Assembly: GCF_040938485.1 (NCBI RefSeq)
Contig: NW_027271040.1
Coordinates: 62,001-126,000 of the forward strand
DNA from: Diadema antillarum
Lineage: Eukaryota
Direction: 5' to 3'
Length of the DNA stretch: 64,000 bases
Below are positions 13,219 through 27,292 of this stretch, in pieces. The position numbers were made by a program, and so were the translations under genes. Each line of letters starts with the position of its first letter. Position 1 is the first letter of the stretch. The notes beneath the pieces are model-generated. The model saw nothing but the letters and a program-made list of their open reading frames with translations. It made no database searches and had not been told where the DNA came from.

Positions 13219-14956
13219 TAAAGCAGTCAGTTCAAGCTTCAATACACCAGTTTGTAATTAGCTCATGTGCATATTATTGGGAAAATGACCTTTCTGGTTT
13301 TTTTCTCAGTTTGCAAGGCACTTCACACATCAAAGCGATATAATGCATAACCTTGACTGACTAACAATTTATGGAATTCGTGTTCAAACAAAGAATGAAC
13401 CTGCGTAGACCAGCTGACTACAATGGCCCGTCAATTTACACTTGGGAAAGCATCGATTTCATTGTTTTGTAGTGAATGCATTAACAACCAGTTTTTCTAC
13501 TTATATTGCCGAATCCTAGGCTTTAGTGAACACTCTGTCGCTGTCAGGTGGATGTGCTGGCAAGCACCATTTACATTTTTAAAGGATTACATCATGAATA
13601 ATCATTACCTCACAGATGTTTATTTCAGGGAGTTTAAAAACCAACATGCTTGTTAACACAAATGAGCTTTTTCTGCTCATGCACAAAGTAGAACAACGTA
13701 GTGGCTCATCACACAAAGTTTCGCATGGCTAAAGGAAATACAGCCAACTCTGCCTGAAGCTGAATTTGTGTAAGTCGCACATTTCAGCCTTTAGTCCCCA
13801 TAGATTTTCAGAGCAAGGTATGTAATAAGCCTGTGTCCCTTATGCCATGTCAGTTGACCATTAAAGGAAATAAACATTCTTCCCCAGTCCCTACAGACTG
13901 GACGTATAAATAGCTGACTGTGGATAGCATCAAGTTGGCAGTCAGTAGCAAAATGTTTATGTTTATAAAGCACCTTCTGATGCAGTAAAAAAAGAGTTGG
14001 TGTTGCGGTTCTTAGCAGTTGTCTTTCCCCACAGTCCTTGCTTGTGTCTTACTAAATCATGATGTAATCATGCGTGCAGCATGTTCCATATTCATATTCT
14101 GAAGCTGTTCCTTTGTAAAGGCCTTGTGTCTTTTCTTTTCCGTTCTTTTTGTTACAAAATGTTCCTTGTCTTTTTAAGTATAGCAGCCACAAAGACATCA
14201 TACATAATGTGCATTTGTTGCTTTCCTTGCGTCTCCTGCAGGCCCGGTTTGGCATTAATTTAGCCTCTTGACAGTATCAGATGTTCATGCTCATTCACAT
14301 CAAGGTGCTCACCAGATCATGTAGGAAAAGAAAACCCGCAGTTTCAATGCTGACCAATGCAGATGCATACTGCAGTGGTTTGGCAAGCTACTACATTGTA
14401 TTTGCCTGCATCATTATTAAGCATAACCAATGTAACAGGATTGAATTCATATTAATACAATAAGAACCAGTGCAGAAGATCTACTGCTAACTGACGATGG
14501 CAACGAAACACTGGCACAGAATATTCCTTGTATGTAGTATGATGACTTTTTAAAGTATTTGCCATAAACATGAAACCAGCATTGGCAAGTAAAATGGAAA
14601 TAAAACCATACTTTTACCGTACGATTACATGAGAAATTTACATTTGTTTAATAGTTACATCAACATTGTCTCAACATTCAGATAAAGGAGCTCATCGATC
14701 AGTGGGAGAACACGTGGTCAAATTTACCTAAAATTTGACAAGACAATTGAACAAAAAGACAACTTATCATTCTAGGACGCCTCAGGAACAAAGGTAATGG
14801 ATGAATGGTAAGTTGTAGTCTCTTCTTCAGACTGACCATTATTTGTCATTTTCATGAATTTCATCATACACCCTTGCCTCAGCTTATATTTTCACTTTTC
14901 TAGCATAATGACAGATGACTTATCTTTTTCAGAAAGCAGATGGAATAATATTACCC

Positions 14957-15049
14957 TTAACCCGTTGAAGACTACTCCTGAGTTTACTTGGGCAGTTGTC
15001 TATATGAAATGTATGTTATGGCAAAACCAGCTACTCCTCAATGGGTTAA
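14957..15049 (+). mobile_element. Mini piggyBac-like MITE, family A (diverged)
   Basis: TTAA-cccgttgaaga...tcctcaatggg-TTAA; internal similarity to the other family A copies. Confidence 0.75.
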
Positions 15050-15421
15050 CATTTATCATTTCAGTAACAATTCAAAGCAATGTGTATTTTTCATTAAAAT
15101 ATGATTCTGAGGAAGTTTCTTTTTATGTTTTCTTTACATTGTTGCATTGCTGTGAATTGCTGTAGTTTTCATATTCAATGATGGCCCATGGATTTAGCAA
15201 AATCAAACCTTATTTTCAAGGACTGTCCCCTTTTTTCCCAAAACTCCATTAATGTGTACATCAAATATTTCTGCATTGACTAAATTCACATGTTTATTTG
15301 AGGTAAATTCCCCTCCAATCATTTTCTCTGAATTTTGGTACTATGTAAACCTGATATGTGCTACTCACATGGGTACAAAAAATACCAGATTAAGACACAC
15401 TTAAAAAATGATACAACAATG

Positions 15422-15520
15422 TGAACCTGTTAAGAACAAGTCTCGAGTATACCGGTACTCGGGCAGGTGTCTATGGGAAATGCGTGTTATAGCAAAACCA
15501 GCCCATCCGCACTGGGTTAA
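15422..15520 (+). mobile_element. Mini piggyBac-like MITE, family A (diverged)
   Basis: Core ctcgggcaggtgtctatgggaaatgcgtgttatagcaaaacc; ends gggTTAA. Confidence 0.7.
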
Positions 15521-15802
15521 CAGAGCAGAATAATCATAGAATTAACTACTGTAAATGCGGAAATTTTGCATTACATTAATTTTTGCATATTTCATGTTAC
15601 TTTTGGCCAGAGCGAATTCTACGACTAGATATCTCACCAATTTTATCTGCACAGCTTGAGTGGATTGACAACTGCACAGTGCCAATTCAAGAACCCATGA
15701 GTATGGTTTTGAGCTGCTCAGCACAACAACAACAAAAATAATAATAATAATTGCCCAAAAATATTGACGTTTTAACGAAATACAATATTCAACATGAAAA
15801 TG

Positions 15803-15977
15803 TTAAGATGCAACGTCTGCAGCTGACGGACCGTCCACTGGCCCCTGTCTGAGCTCCTTGACGATGACCTCGATGATACCGACGTCGAGGTCCATTTGCT
15901 TGAACATCGAGGTAAGGAATGACTTGCTGCTCTGTGACTGCAACGCCTCCATAATGGCCGCCTCTTTCACAGCTACA
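15803..15977 (-). CDS. RPAP2: Probable terminal coding exon of RPAP2 (RNA polymerase II-associated protein 2 / Rtr1-like)
   Basis: Acceptor cctctcctttgtgcatacag|T (phase 2); frame VAVKEAAIMEALQSQSSKSFLTSMFKQMDLDVGIIEVIVKELRQGPVDGPSAADVAS* with coding-like codon periodicity. FLTSMFKQMDLDVGIIEVIVKELR matches, without gaps, the hydrophobic pattern of the human RPAP2 C-terminus as recalled ([24 protein letters not shown]). The position convergent with Gfi matches the human gene order. Confidence 0.6.
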
Positions 15978-17283
15978 CTGTATGCACAAAGGAGAGGATG
16001 AGAAGGACAAGCAATCACAATATAGCAGATTTGACAAGCCTAAGCATCAGTTGGTAATAATGACATCATCAGTAATCGCAATATCGATAGTCGTGATGAA
16101 ATATTTAATAAGATAACAATAACTACTACTTCTACTACCGCTACTGCTAATACTAATACTGCTACCAACAATTCAAATTGCATTTCCAATATCATTAAAA
16201 TTCTCTCATGTACCATAACCACAAACAATATCAATGCAACATAAAATATATGAACAATTTGAAAAAGCATTAACAATGGTATTGAAGCAACAAAAACAAT
16301 GAAAACAAGAAAAAACATAATAATGAAAATAATAACAGTGTTAACATTTTGACCTGTTGTTAAATTTGTGAATGGCACCGGACTCGCGAAATTTGCAAAA
16401 ATAAAAACCTCGCGAAATATATGGCATATACAGTACTGGCAAACATTTATCCAGAGTCTGTTTATATCTGTTACACGAAGTTACTACACATTTACTTCAT
16501 CTTACAGCTAAACTACTGATTTGTTTCTGCTGTTGGCAAATGGCAGAAATCATATTACACACCAGCCACAGTGACATTTGATGAATTTAAAAAAAGAAAG
16601 AAAAGATGTACAATGTATACATAGCTGCCAACATATCTGTATACAATTTACACATTTTTATGAAAATAACTAATCGTGGCTTGTTTTGTATAGAAGCACA
16701 CGGTACATTGATAATGCATAGGGTTTTACAAGGCCCATACAATAGTCATATGCTAATTACAAAATAAAACTTTTATTAACAGTTGGCAGCTATGCATATA
16801 TGTGAATAACATTCTGTCCTGAACAGAATCATGCAATATTAACATCAGTCTGGTTCGAAGATTAGAGCATGAAAGATGTCAAGGGCAAGGTCGAACACAC
16901 TCCTACTGACTATCAGACCATCATGCTCGTTGGGGGGAGGGGGGGGGGGGCAGATAGTAGACAAAAGAATACTTGGACAATAAGAAGAAAACTCATAACA
17001 AAGATGGTATTAATCATGTCTCCAGACATACATTGTACGCAATGGGAAAATGCATTGAAGAATACTCGCACAAAGAGAAAGGACCCGGGGAAAATTCTCC
17101 AGGGCACGTTCAGATTGTCGTGGAGAATCAAAACTGAACATCCTTGGAGGGGTCTTAAACACAGGGAGTGAGACTATGGAGCAAATATTCCCAAGAAAAG
17201 ACGTCGAGATGCTTGACACTTCAAATCTCCAGATACATTGTCAGGTTTATGTACAAGTGTAGAGTAAATCCTGGGCACAACCC

Positions 17284-17376
17284 TTAACCCGTTGAGGATG
17301 AGTCCCGAGTATACTCTGGCAAGCGTCTATGGGAAATGCGTGTTGTAGCAATATCAAACCGTCCTCAACGGGTTAA
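17284..17376 (+). mobile_element. Mini piggyBac-like MITE, family A
   Basis: TTAA-CCCGTTGAGGA...TCCTCAACGGG-TTAA with perfect TIRs. Confidence 0.85.
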
Positions 17377-20300
17377 TGTCCCTGTGCCACGATCGTGGAA
17401 AGGGGAGTGAAGGGGATTGTTGGAGGGGAGGGTACGAGAGGAGATTGTATGCGTCTCCCATCCTGCTGCCATGGCAACGCATCACTTTGCCTCAATGGGA
17501 GGATGGGATGGGAGTCACCTTCACATTCATGCACAATTTCACAAAGAAAGCGACTGCTGCATGGACTAGGAATTCCATGAATGAAGTGCTTTGCATACTC
17601 TACACGATTAAAAGCAAAAGAAAAGTCATCTGATGTTGACTTATCAACTACTGCAGAGCTCAGTTTTTCCTCACAAATACATAAAAAAACCCTCATGAAA
17701 TGGCATTAGTGTTTTGGTCATGTTTGGACACAAACTGTTTTGTAAGAGACATTGTGAAAAAGTATATATGGCAAAATAATTTTTAATGATGAGAATATGA
17801 ATACTGTTCATTATACATCATTCTTAATTCTTAATTCTTTATAGAGTAATGCACAATTCACCCACAATTCCTGAAAATTGGTTAGAATAATTATTTTTGC
17901 AAATAAGTTGGTTCTGTATTGCATTCATTTTATCTTTCTTCTAATTGAGTTCATTTTGGAAATTTTTAGAAAATGTTATAGTACACATTGCACGATACAC
18001 ATTTTACACATAAGTCCACGAATTGAAATCTAAAGATGATTTCAACTGTGTGAATCTCATAGACATACTTTTTCATGCCATATTTTGATCTACAGGATGA
18101 TGTTACTTCCTCTATACAAACCAAACAATACAGCATCAAGGCTTTATATTTACAGTTAGGCTAGAAATCAGAAAGAGAGTTTTTTTTATTAAAAAACTGA
18201 ACACAAAACAAGAGATATTTTTCAACAAGACAGGCAAGGCAATATGACTTGATGAACTGTCTTCTCCGACTCATTTTGTTCCATATCATTGATTGCGTTT
18301 CAAATGTTTTGTTATATTTTGTTATGATTTTATTCTTTATCTGATACGTGTTTGTTTGTTGTTTGCCATTTTCTTCTCTGTTGTCATGTTTGAACATGCA
18401 TATCTATCTTTGAATTTTTTGAAGTGCCATGAGCATTGAAAGGTGGATCTGTGTGCTATACAAGTAGCCACTAATATTATCATTATCATTATTTACATCT
18501 ATGGATTTTGCAAATTGTAAATCAACAAGATCCAATATGGTATCCCTACAAAAAAAATAGTCCAGTTTCCTGGTGGTCACATCAGTAGGTTTGGGCACAA
18601 CCAGTCTTTAGCAAGCTTTGATGAAGCTGCTGATTATTTGATGATCCACACGCATGTCCAAAATGTATGGGAATCTGAAAAATCTACACCATCCTAATCA
18701 GACACATCCTGGACAATTTCTCCTTCGCATATCGACTGCATCCACACCGTATGCAGGATTTAAGAAGGATTTGAGACAAAAACTGAATAGACAATTAAAT
18801 CTTCTCTTGCTGCACCTTGGATGTGAAAAGCATGGACATCCACACATAAAATATATACAGCCAAGTTAATGACATGCATAGTCATAACATCAACATACAG
18901 TTCAGGGACCATTTTTAAAAAAGCGGACGCGGTGGGACTGATGTGATTGTTCTGCCATGAATTCAGCGCAAGATTGAGCCCAAATGGGCTGGATACGGTA
19001 GACAGTGTGTGAGTGTGTGTGATATGCACATGGAGGGGGTGGGGAAGGGGGTGGGGGGAGGGGCAGAGATGTGTTCAGACCGCTGCCCTGATGAGAAATT
19101 CTACCGCTATTTATCCTCTCCTCATGACTGCATCATGGCGTTGCTCACGGAGGCGGAACGGCGGAGGAGCGAGAAGAGACGGAGAGGGAGCGTGAGAGGA
19201 TGAAGCGAGAGAGAGAGGAAAGTGAGCGGAGGCGGGAGACGGGGTGGCCGATCGGTGGTAGCGCCACTGTCGCTGCGACCGTCGAGGGAGCCCCGCGTTT
19301 TGATTTGCAATCCTGGTTTCCCCCTTCGGTCCCACGGGCCGGCTTGTCAGATTGAGTGCTCCGGCCGACTTGAGAATGGTTGATACGCCTTACTTGTGTC
19401 AATCTCACCCACGGGACCACCGACTGAGACTTCTTGTTCACACTGCATAAAGAAGATGACCGTTTCTCTGGTTTTCGCTCCTGGCTCATTTTCTGACAGA
19501 CCGTTACCGCATCCCATGCCTGAAATATTTCCTCTGCTACAAAAGAATATTCACATATTACAGCCGTCTATCCAAAACAAGAGATCCTACATAATTGCTA
19601 GTTTCAACACTGAAGCTATTTTCAAATGATTACAGATATGCTCATCATAAGATGAATTCATATTCATTTGGTAATAGTGTATACTTGATAGCTAACAAAT
19701 ATGAATCACCAAGCCTCGTAAATATTTTGATTACAATAAGATATTGATATTGATTATGCTGCTATGAATATCAATATTTGTCAGTTATGTCAAGAAAAGT
19801 ACAGAGCAAAGAACAAAAATGCAATGAAACCATACCCTATATAAGAAACAAAACTTGCACAAGAAAGTTAAATAAACTTTGACTTTAAAGCTAAAAATCA
19901 GCCCACAACCCTTGTTATGATGGGATACAGTTGGTGGGGTGCTACTCAAACCAGTGGAAATTCATTTGAGTGGAAATTAAAATCCTTTGCATTAATTATG
20001 GCATACGCAAATTGCGACAAGAGCAACCCGTATTAGAGTAGCCCCTCTATCCACGGACATCAATATCTCGTCTAGGCTCCTTAGGGAAGGGGTTATTTGT
20101 TGTTTGGAATGAGCCAAGATGAGAGAAATGGTACCTGCTTTACCCCTCCCCAACTGGGTTATACCGGTATAGTCCCCCTAGGATGGCAATGGTGTGAACA
20201 CCCTGCAGTTGTTAAGGGGAAAGAGAAGTTCGCCATTTCCCACTGCACACACCCCGTGACAGATACCTGTCTCCCTGGCTATTAGAACTTGTGACGCTTC

Positions 20301-20984
20301 ACAGCATTTCACTGCACGCTCTGTTGCCTTGGATATTGTTGCCGGGTGTGGCTCAGTGAAGTAGCCCGGGCACAGTGGCTGCACGATTCAATCCAAATAG
20401 CATCATCCCCTACCAACACCAGCCTCCCCTCATCCTTTCACCAACAACCCCCCCCCCCCCATACCATCTCCATCTCCCCCGTCGGCACGGCAACCCCTCC
20501 TCCTCTTCCTCCACACAGTCCCCCGGACGCATCGCAAATCACAGAATTATTTGCCCTTCGCGAGTCGTTTCCCCGGCCTCGTCGGTTCTACCCAGTGGCT
20601 GTGACGGTGTTTGTTATTAGAAAATCACCCTGTCAATCTGTCTGCAATTACAGAAATTAGCTTACCCCAATTCCCTCCCGAGGGAGCCAACCGTTGCCAG
20701 TTGTCAACTGTGTTCATAATGAAGTCTCTCTGATTCCCTGTTATCTTCCTTCTTCCCGTCTTTTGACTTGATGCGCAGAGTTGGAGATCGGGCAGGTTTT
20801 TGACTTTGGATAAATTGCTTTTCATCCAGTGGAAGATGGGGGGGGGGGGGGGGAGGGGAAGAGAGATTTGATGCAGGCTGAGGATTTGTATTCTCTGCAT
20901 GATTTCATGGACTAGATACATGATATGTGCAGAATGCAGGAACAGGTATACTACAATGTCAACAGAGGATGAGCATAGAGATAG

Positions 20985-21452
20985 TTAAGGATGATTGGAA
21001 GAAGGAGGAGGGAGAGAGGAGAGAGATATATAGATGTGGAGAAAGAGAAGAAGACAAACAAATTAAGAGGGGAAGACATAATATATGCAGATGTTGAGAG
21101 ATGGAGGGAGATATATATATATAAATGTGAAATGAGAGACAAATAGAAAGTCTGACGGACAGAGAGAGAGAGAGAGAGAGAGAGAGATGAGGATAGAGAG
21201 GGATGGAGAGACATATAGATGTAGAAAGGTAGTGACAAAAAGACATAGAGAGAGAGAGAGAGATTGAGAGGGGAAAGAGAGAGAGAGAAGGAGAGATATA
21301 TGGATGTAGAAATGGAAGAGAGAGGGAGAGATGGAGAAGGAGATAGATAATAATTAAAGAGATGGAGAGACAGAAAGACAGACAGACAGAGAAGGAGAGA
21401 GAGGGGGAGAGCTAGACAGGAAGATAGTAAGAAAAAGAGAGGGAGATATACA

Positions 21453-21500
<48 letters not shown>
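20985..21500. repeat. GA-rich low-complexity tract ending in (TA)n
   Basis: Directly visible composition. Confidence 0.85.
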
Positions 21501-21504
<4 letters not shown>

Positions 21505-24500
21505 AGCTGTGCATAATGCCTATGCATATTAGTGTAATTTGGACAAGAGAAAGAGATTTTTAAAAAAGAGAGAAGGAAGAGGAAGAGAGATATGTATTTG
21601 TTTCCATACAGACTTTTCATGTTCATCCAACCAATGAATATCTGCTGTATAAAGTATCAGCCTGTTCAGATTGTGTTGCATTTGAAGACTTAATACCTCT
21701 CTCTGCCCTAAACTAGCAAAACAGAGAAACACTTAATAGAGATATACTCCTACAGTATGTGCTTGAATATTAGAAGAAAATGATACATTCCTTCTGTAGA
21801 ATTCTAGCATCCATCGCACTCAGGTAAAAAATAATCATATGACTAAATGCATATAAACATCTCTATTGGCACTAAAGATGCATTGGACAAAAGGACAATG
21901 CTTATAATGACAACACAGTGTAATTTCCTAGTAATTTTCTAAATACACTACAGAATAATCTGCCCTGACTACCAGTATTATACGGTGTTATGTCAGCACA
22001 CCATAAGTGCACCATCTTTAATTCCTAGTAAACACTCTGTGAAAGCTGTACTGGGTACTGTGAAAAGGGACAACACTCCTATAGATAAGGTGCAACCATG
22101 TGGCCTGCCTACATAGTTCCTCGCTTGGAATATGACAGTGACATCGCGTCAGCTTGGACTTGAACCTATAAAATCTCAACTGATGGAGCAAGGTACTTTA
22201 CAACAAGACCACAGCACCAAAGAAATATATGTGACAAAAGGCAGAAACATGGAAACCTTTTTTACCTGACATTTGATGGGATTTCCTTTGAGTGGATAAA
22301 ACACAGCATATATTATGAGACAACAATGTACATCGTTAATACTAGCTGAGGGGCAGAAAGGCATGAAACTCCAACAGCTCTTTCTGTTTGGCATTAAAGC
22401 CCTTGTGGTATTCCACTCCAATGATATACACTTCTTCAGTTTATTACATCATACTCTGTCATCATCTTCTGTGTTGTCAAGAGCGATGATGGTGTTGTTA
22501 TCAAAGCTCCACAGTGTAAAAACACAAAATGCACAGTCTGATTTAAATTTTCAACAGTCACTGTATAAGCTCTGGTGTAAAGTGTTAACACTGAAGGTGT
22601 TGTCATACGGTGAGTCTGGTGTACACATAGAATTAGGTGGTTCAATAATCCCAGCACCCCTAAGGTACAAGGCAGCAGCCATCACACATCATCCTACCCA
22701 CCCTTTACTAAGACATCACACTTTTTACCACATTCTCTCCATATTTGGCACAATTGCATAATTAACCTAGCACAAATTATCATCTTGTACATTAAAACTC
22801 ATGAAGATTGAAAGCAATTTTGAAATTTCTCTTTACCTATTTCAAAAGCTTGCTGAAATATCTTAAAGTCTCAAATGACATAGAACTAACTTAAATAACA
22901 AATTAAACACTGCTCAATGATCACAACACAGCCGTTGTGAAATGTTCATCGAATGAGACATAATTTTTTTTTTTAGATACCAATGAATCAAGTTCGGGTC
23001 AAAACCCAACAATGTAACTATTACATTTTGATACATGAGCTAGTGATGCATTGCTGAGTTGATCATCAAAATGCAGAAGAAACTGGTGCACATTTATGTT
23101 GATATTTCACAAACTTTCATGAACAGAACAGACCACATTTGACTCCACACACGAACATCAGCACTTTTACTGAAGTTAACCATCTGCATTGCAGGTGTTG
23201 ATTCCATCACATCATTCCATCACTTACAAAAATCAAACTTTCTGGTATCACACGACCTCCAAAGTGAAATTAAACAGGTGGGGAAAAAATTAATTCATGC
23301 TCAATATTCCTAGTATTTCAAGTTTATTTCCCCCTCTTCATTATTTTCTGCCAATTTTCATTTACATTGCTCTCCCACTGATAAATTATTCCCTTATTTA
23401 GTCATTCATAAGAAGGACATTAAAAAGAAAGAATGCCCAAATTAAACACCAATTTAATCTTGCAGTCAACCAGCAGTAAGTGCGTTTGATGTCAAACATG
23501 GCAACCTTTGTCTCTGAACAGCAATTTGATATCATACGGCAATACTGCAGCAGGCATATTTCTGCCACTGATGGGTCTCCCTAGCGATGTAACAGTGCAG
23601 GAGCAGGTCTGATTCACTTTGTGACAAATTGGGTGGAAACATCAACGAATGATACACGGCTTGAAACTCTTCCCATCCTCCTTCACAATGCACCACGAAC
23701 AGCCGTCACCCGAACTTTGCTAAATTGATGAAATGAACCATGAAGCTCCAAAGAACTTTCTTCTAGTTCCTTTGGTGAGGATCTAGAGAATCCATCTTGT
23801 CAGTTGCGATCCTCAGGACAGATAAACAATATGATACAGTACCATTGCGTTTGCTTTCGAGTGCTCAAACAATGGCCAAAGCCAGATGAAATCGCATAAC
23901 ATCTAAGTTCCTAATTTCGGTATCTTTCACTTCCCAAGCCTCTATGCTTTCAAATAATTATTTGAATACCATGTTCCACTTTTCTTCTCAAAACCCCCCA
24001 ACAGAAAATGGAAAAGAGACCAGAAACCACACACAGATATGTTTGAGAAAATAAGCTTTGAGTTAAGATGAACTGACATATATTGGAAATTAGGTATTTA
24101 AACACATTCCAATGTTTCAATGCAAAACCCAATAGTAGCATGCTTCATTTAGAACTTTAAACAAGTCTTCAAGTTTCAAAACCTTCTCAAAACATGGAAT
24201 TCAGGGGATAGTCAAGCTATCAAATTGAGGACTTTTCGAACAAATACCAAATTCCTAATTTTTCGTCAAAATTCAGTTCTCTCACTTTCAAGATGTGGAT
24301 CTATATTGTGGTAGCAGTGTGACATGTCAAAGACAACCACGCCCCTCCTTAGGTACGTTAATATCCACCACGGGTAACATCCATCTATTCATAAAGTAGT
24401 AACTTCATAAACTCATAAACAAACTTTTTAGACAAATACATGTCTTGGAATCAATCAAAGAAGATTCCTAATTGAAAATCAAGTGCATGATGTATGTTGT

Positions 24501-24932
24501 GCATCAACAAATGTTTACTCTGGTTAGAAAATATTGTATGAGATCAAGAATCATAGGGGGGGGGGGGAGGAGCTAGGGGCACCAAATAAGGGCCTTTGAA
24601 AACAGGCAATCCTTATGCACAGGTATTGAGAAGTTTATTTGAGGACAAAAATTGTATGGCCAGTGTGTTCTCAAGACATAAAATAAATTCAAACAAAGGG
24701 AAACTGACCAGAAATATGTATGATTCATAAGTAACAAATTGAGCTAAGTGGGTAAAGATAAACACATATATAATGTGTATAGCAGTCTCATCATCAATGT
24801 GTATCTATTTTCTTTGGTTTTTTTTTTGTTTTGTTTTTATGTACAAGATTTGTTTTCATTTCTCATATATTCATGTTGTATTTTATCCGCATGTATCTGC
24901 AGAAGAACAATCTCTGGACTGAAGCATGTGCT

Positions 24933-25166
24933 NNNNNNNNNNNNNNNNNNNNNNNNNNNNNNNNNNNNNNNNNNNNNNNNNNNNNNNNNNNNNNNNNNNN
25001 NNNNNNNNNNNNNNNNNNNNNNNNNNNNNNNNNNNNNNNNNNNNNNNNNNNNNNNNNNNNNNNNNNNNNNNNNNNNNNNNNNNNNNNNNNNNNNNNNNNN
25101 NNNNNNNNNNNNNNNNNNNNNNNNNNNNNNNNNNNNNNNNNNNNNNNNNNNNNNNNNNNNNNNNNN
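24933..25166. other. Assembly gap (N)
   Basis: Run of N. Confidence 1.
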
Positions 25167-26119
25167 AAAAAATAAATTGGTTTCCAACTGATAAGGACAC
25201 TACACTTCTGTTCTGAGCCTATAATTGAAAAATACAAATTAAAGAATTTCCTTTCTTTGTAATGGTGAAAGACAGTCCTCTGAAAAAATTGAAAGTAAAA
25301 TAATTCAATAAGAAGAAATGCTTCATGCTAACAATACACAGCAAACAATACAGTGGACTGTAAATATACAAGGAATACAGTACTGCTAAAGAATTTAGCA
25401 TCAAAATGGGGAATGTATGCATATTATTTAGGTCAGTCCTCCTCTCTAACTCTGACTGAATTTATGATCTTCCTCCGAGAGCCCTCCTTTCTCACTTCCT
25501 TGACACTACCGGACTTCAAAAGGAAAATAAAAATTACAGGACACACACATGAAAAAAAAAAAAAGTACCATAGAGGACAAAAGTAACTTGATTTCTTTCT
25601 ACGCTTCCCAGATCGGGATGCATAATTCAGTGTCGTGTATATTTCATCTGCAGCCCGATTAATTCTTCATAAAGTCTGAATCATTGAGTGTCCGCACCCC
25701 CTGCGTTGTTCGGCTCCGAAATCAGAGACGCCAGATTTATGTCACAAATGAGCTCGGAAATGGCTGCATGCCAATCCTGTAGTCCCATAAATACGTAACG
25801 ATGTAGGGATGTGGGTGGTTATCCACAGGTGAGAGAAGCGGCTGGAAGGTAGACCGGAAGTTTGCAAGGTGCCACCATGCTACTTGCACCTTGATAAAAT
25901 CACAAACATTCAAGCTCGGGTAACTGCAATATGAGGTTATTTGGCTGAAAAGTAAAGAATATTGAATTTGTATAAAAATCAGTATCTCCTGACCAGAGTA
26001 CAAAGAGTACTTGTCTCCCAAAATATGAAAGTTTTGGGGGGTTTTGTCCAGAGGTAACATTGCTGTGTACTGTTTCAAAGAGATGTATTGTAGTCAATTG
26101 TGATTGATTTCACACAAAC

Positions 26120-26211
26120 TTACCCCGTTGAGGACGATTCCCAAGTATACTCGGCAGGTGTGTACGGGAAATGCTTGTTGTAGCAAAATCAGTTCATCCT
26201 CAACGGGTTAA
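26120..26211 (+). mobile_element. Mini piggyBac-like MITE, family A
   Basis: cccgttgagga...tcctcaacgggTTAA; left TSD mutated. Confidence 0.8.
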
Positions 26212-26986
26212 TTACAACTGATGTAAAAAACAAACTCATTACTAAAAATGCAGTTTTCTAGTGGCCAACTTTCTTATCAGTTTCACAGTAAACTGCGCTT
26301 TGACTAAAGCAGCTGAAGTTGTGCATTATCCAATTAAAGAGAAAAACCTACAAAATTGAAATACAGTAGAACCTGACAAAAAAAAAGAAAAAAAATTGCT
26401 CGCTATTAAACTTCACTAGTCTTTCGTAACAGAATGGATCACGTCTTCATTAGTAAGGTGAGTGAAAGAACTTCACACAGTTCGTTTATGCTAAAATCAA
26501 CTAACGATTGAGAAATTATTTACAGCGTGTCAAAATCATTCACTCGTGCATAAAGCATGCCAAACTTATTCTGGGACAAAGAATAGTGATATGGAAGTTG
26601 TAGTTAAGACTGATGGAAGAATATAAATGTAGTGAAAAAAAAAAATGAACAAAGACAGATAACATTTAGGGAGGGTACCTCCTTCGTATGCCTTTTCTCT
26701 CAGCCTCTCTCTCCTAGCGCGCCTCAACGCTGAAATTGACACACCCATACTATTTTGAAATCAACGCCGCTGTGAACTCTATAAACACGTGCTCATACAT
26801 GTTGAAGGCATTTTCATTGCCACAGTAGTGTCTGCTGCTCAAAAAGTTCGTTCGCACAAACATCAAAACACAAACACAAACAGACACATGTACGCATACA
26901 GGCACACGTATACACACAGACAAACAAACCACTACCACTATACAACCACCACACATGCAGTTTCCACATATTGTATTATTATACTC

Positions 26987-26990
<4 letters not shown>

Positions 26991-27042
<52 letters not shown>
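26991..27042. repeat. (CA)n microsatellite; other CA/GT tracts near 2733-2760, 7968-8020 and 8614-8680
   Basis: Directly visible. Confidence 0.9.
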
Positions 27043-27045
<3 letters not shown>

Positions 27046-27119
27046 ATAACTTACCAGTCATACCCATCCCACCAAAGCATAACACTGGAGCAACCACCCC
27101 AACCACATCAAATTCACAG

Positions 27120-27292
27120 CGCATGGCGGGCGACAATTTTTGACGGGGTGTCAATATATGTCGCAACAATTGTTTTTGCTATCACAAATTGTCGCTATCA
27201 AGGTCAAAAATTGGGAACTGCACAAGCATCAAAAAATGTCGCCAGACGACAATTTGTGACGGGGCGACAATTTGTGTCGCAACACAGGTTCC
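27120..27292. repeat. Repeat remnant with multiple (g)cgacaattt / tgtcgc units, probably a MITE
   Basis: The motif recurs in both orientations within about 170 bp. Confidence 0.4.

Noticed and set aside
16040-16378. 112-aa hydrophobic, membrane-protein-like ORF
   Set aside because: Antisense reading of an A/C-rich low-complexity stretch.
17010-17601. Candidate penultimate exons (YAKHFIHG... and ...SLPVFKTPPRMFSF...LRT, phase 2 donor)
   Set aside because: The phase fits the terminal exon, but the peptide lacks the expected RPAP2 K-P-x-E-W motif and the acceptors are ambiguous.
18497-21707. Chain of minus-strand exon-like segments (21707-21610, 20378-20267, 19519-19149, 18988-18899, 18545-18497), some phase-compatible
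   Set aside because: Several mutually exclusive frames and donors work, no family is recognisable, none resembles RPAP2, and the chain cannot be joined cleanly to 15977. GC-rich regulatory DNA gives such ORFs by chance. RNA-seq would decide.
22315-22761. 148-aa plus-strand ORF with an internal GTGAGT donor
   Set aside because: No recognisable domain or partner exons; a comparable ORF exists on the other strand.
23460-23960. Protein-looking single frame with interspersed stops (possible pseudogene)
   Set aside because: Stop density is about what random sequence gives; no family recognised.
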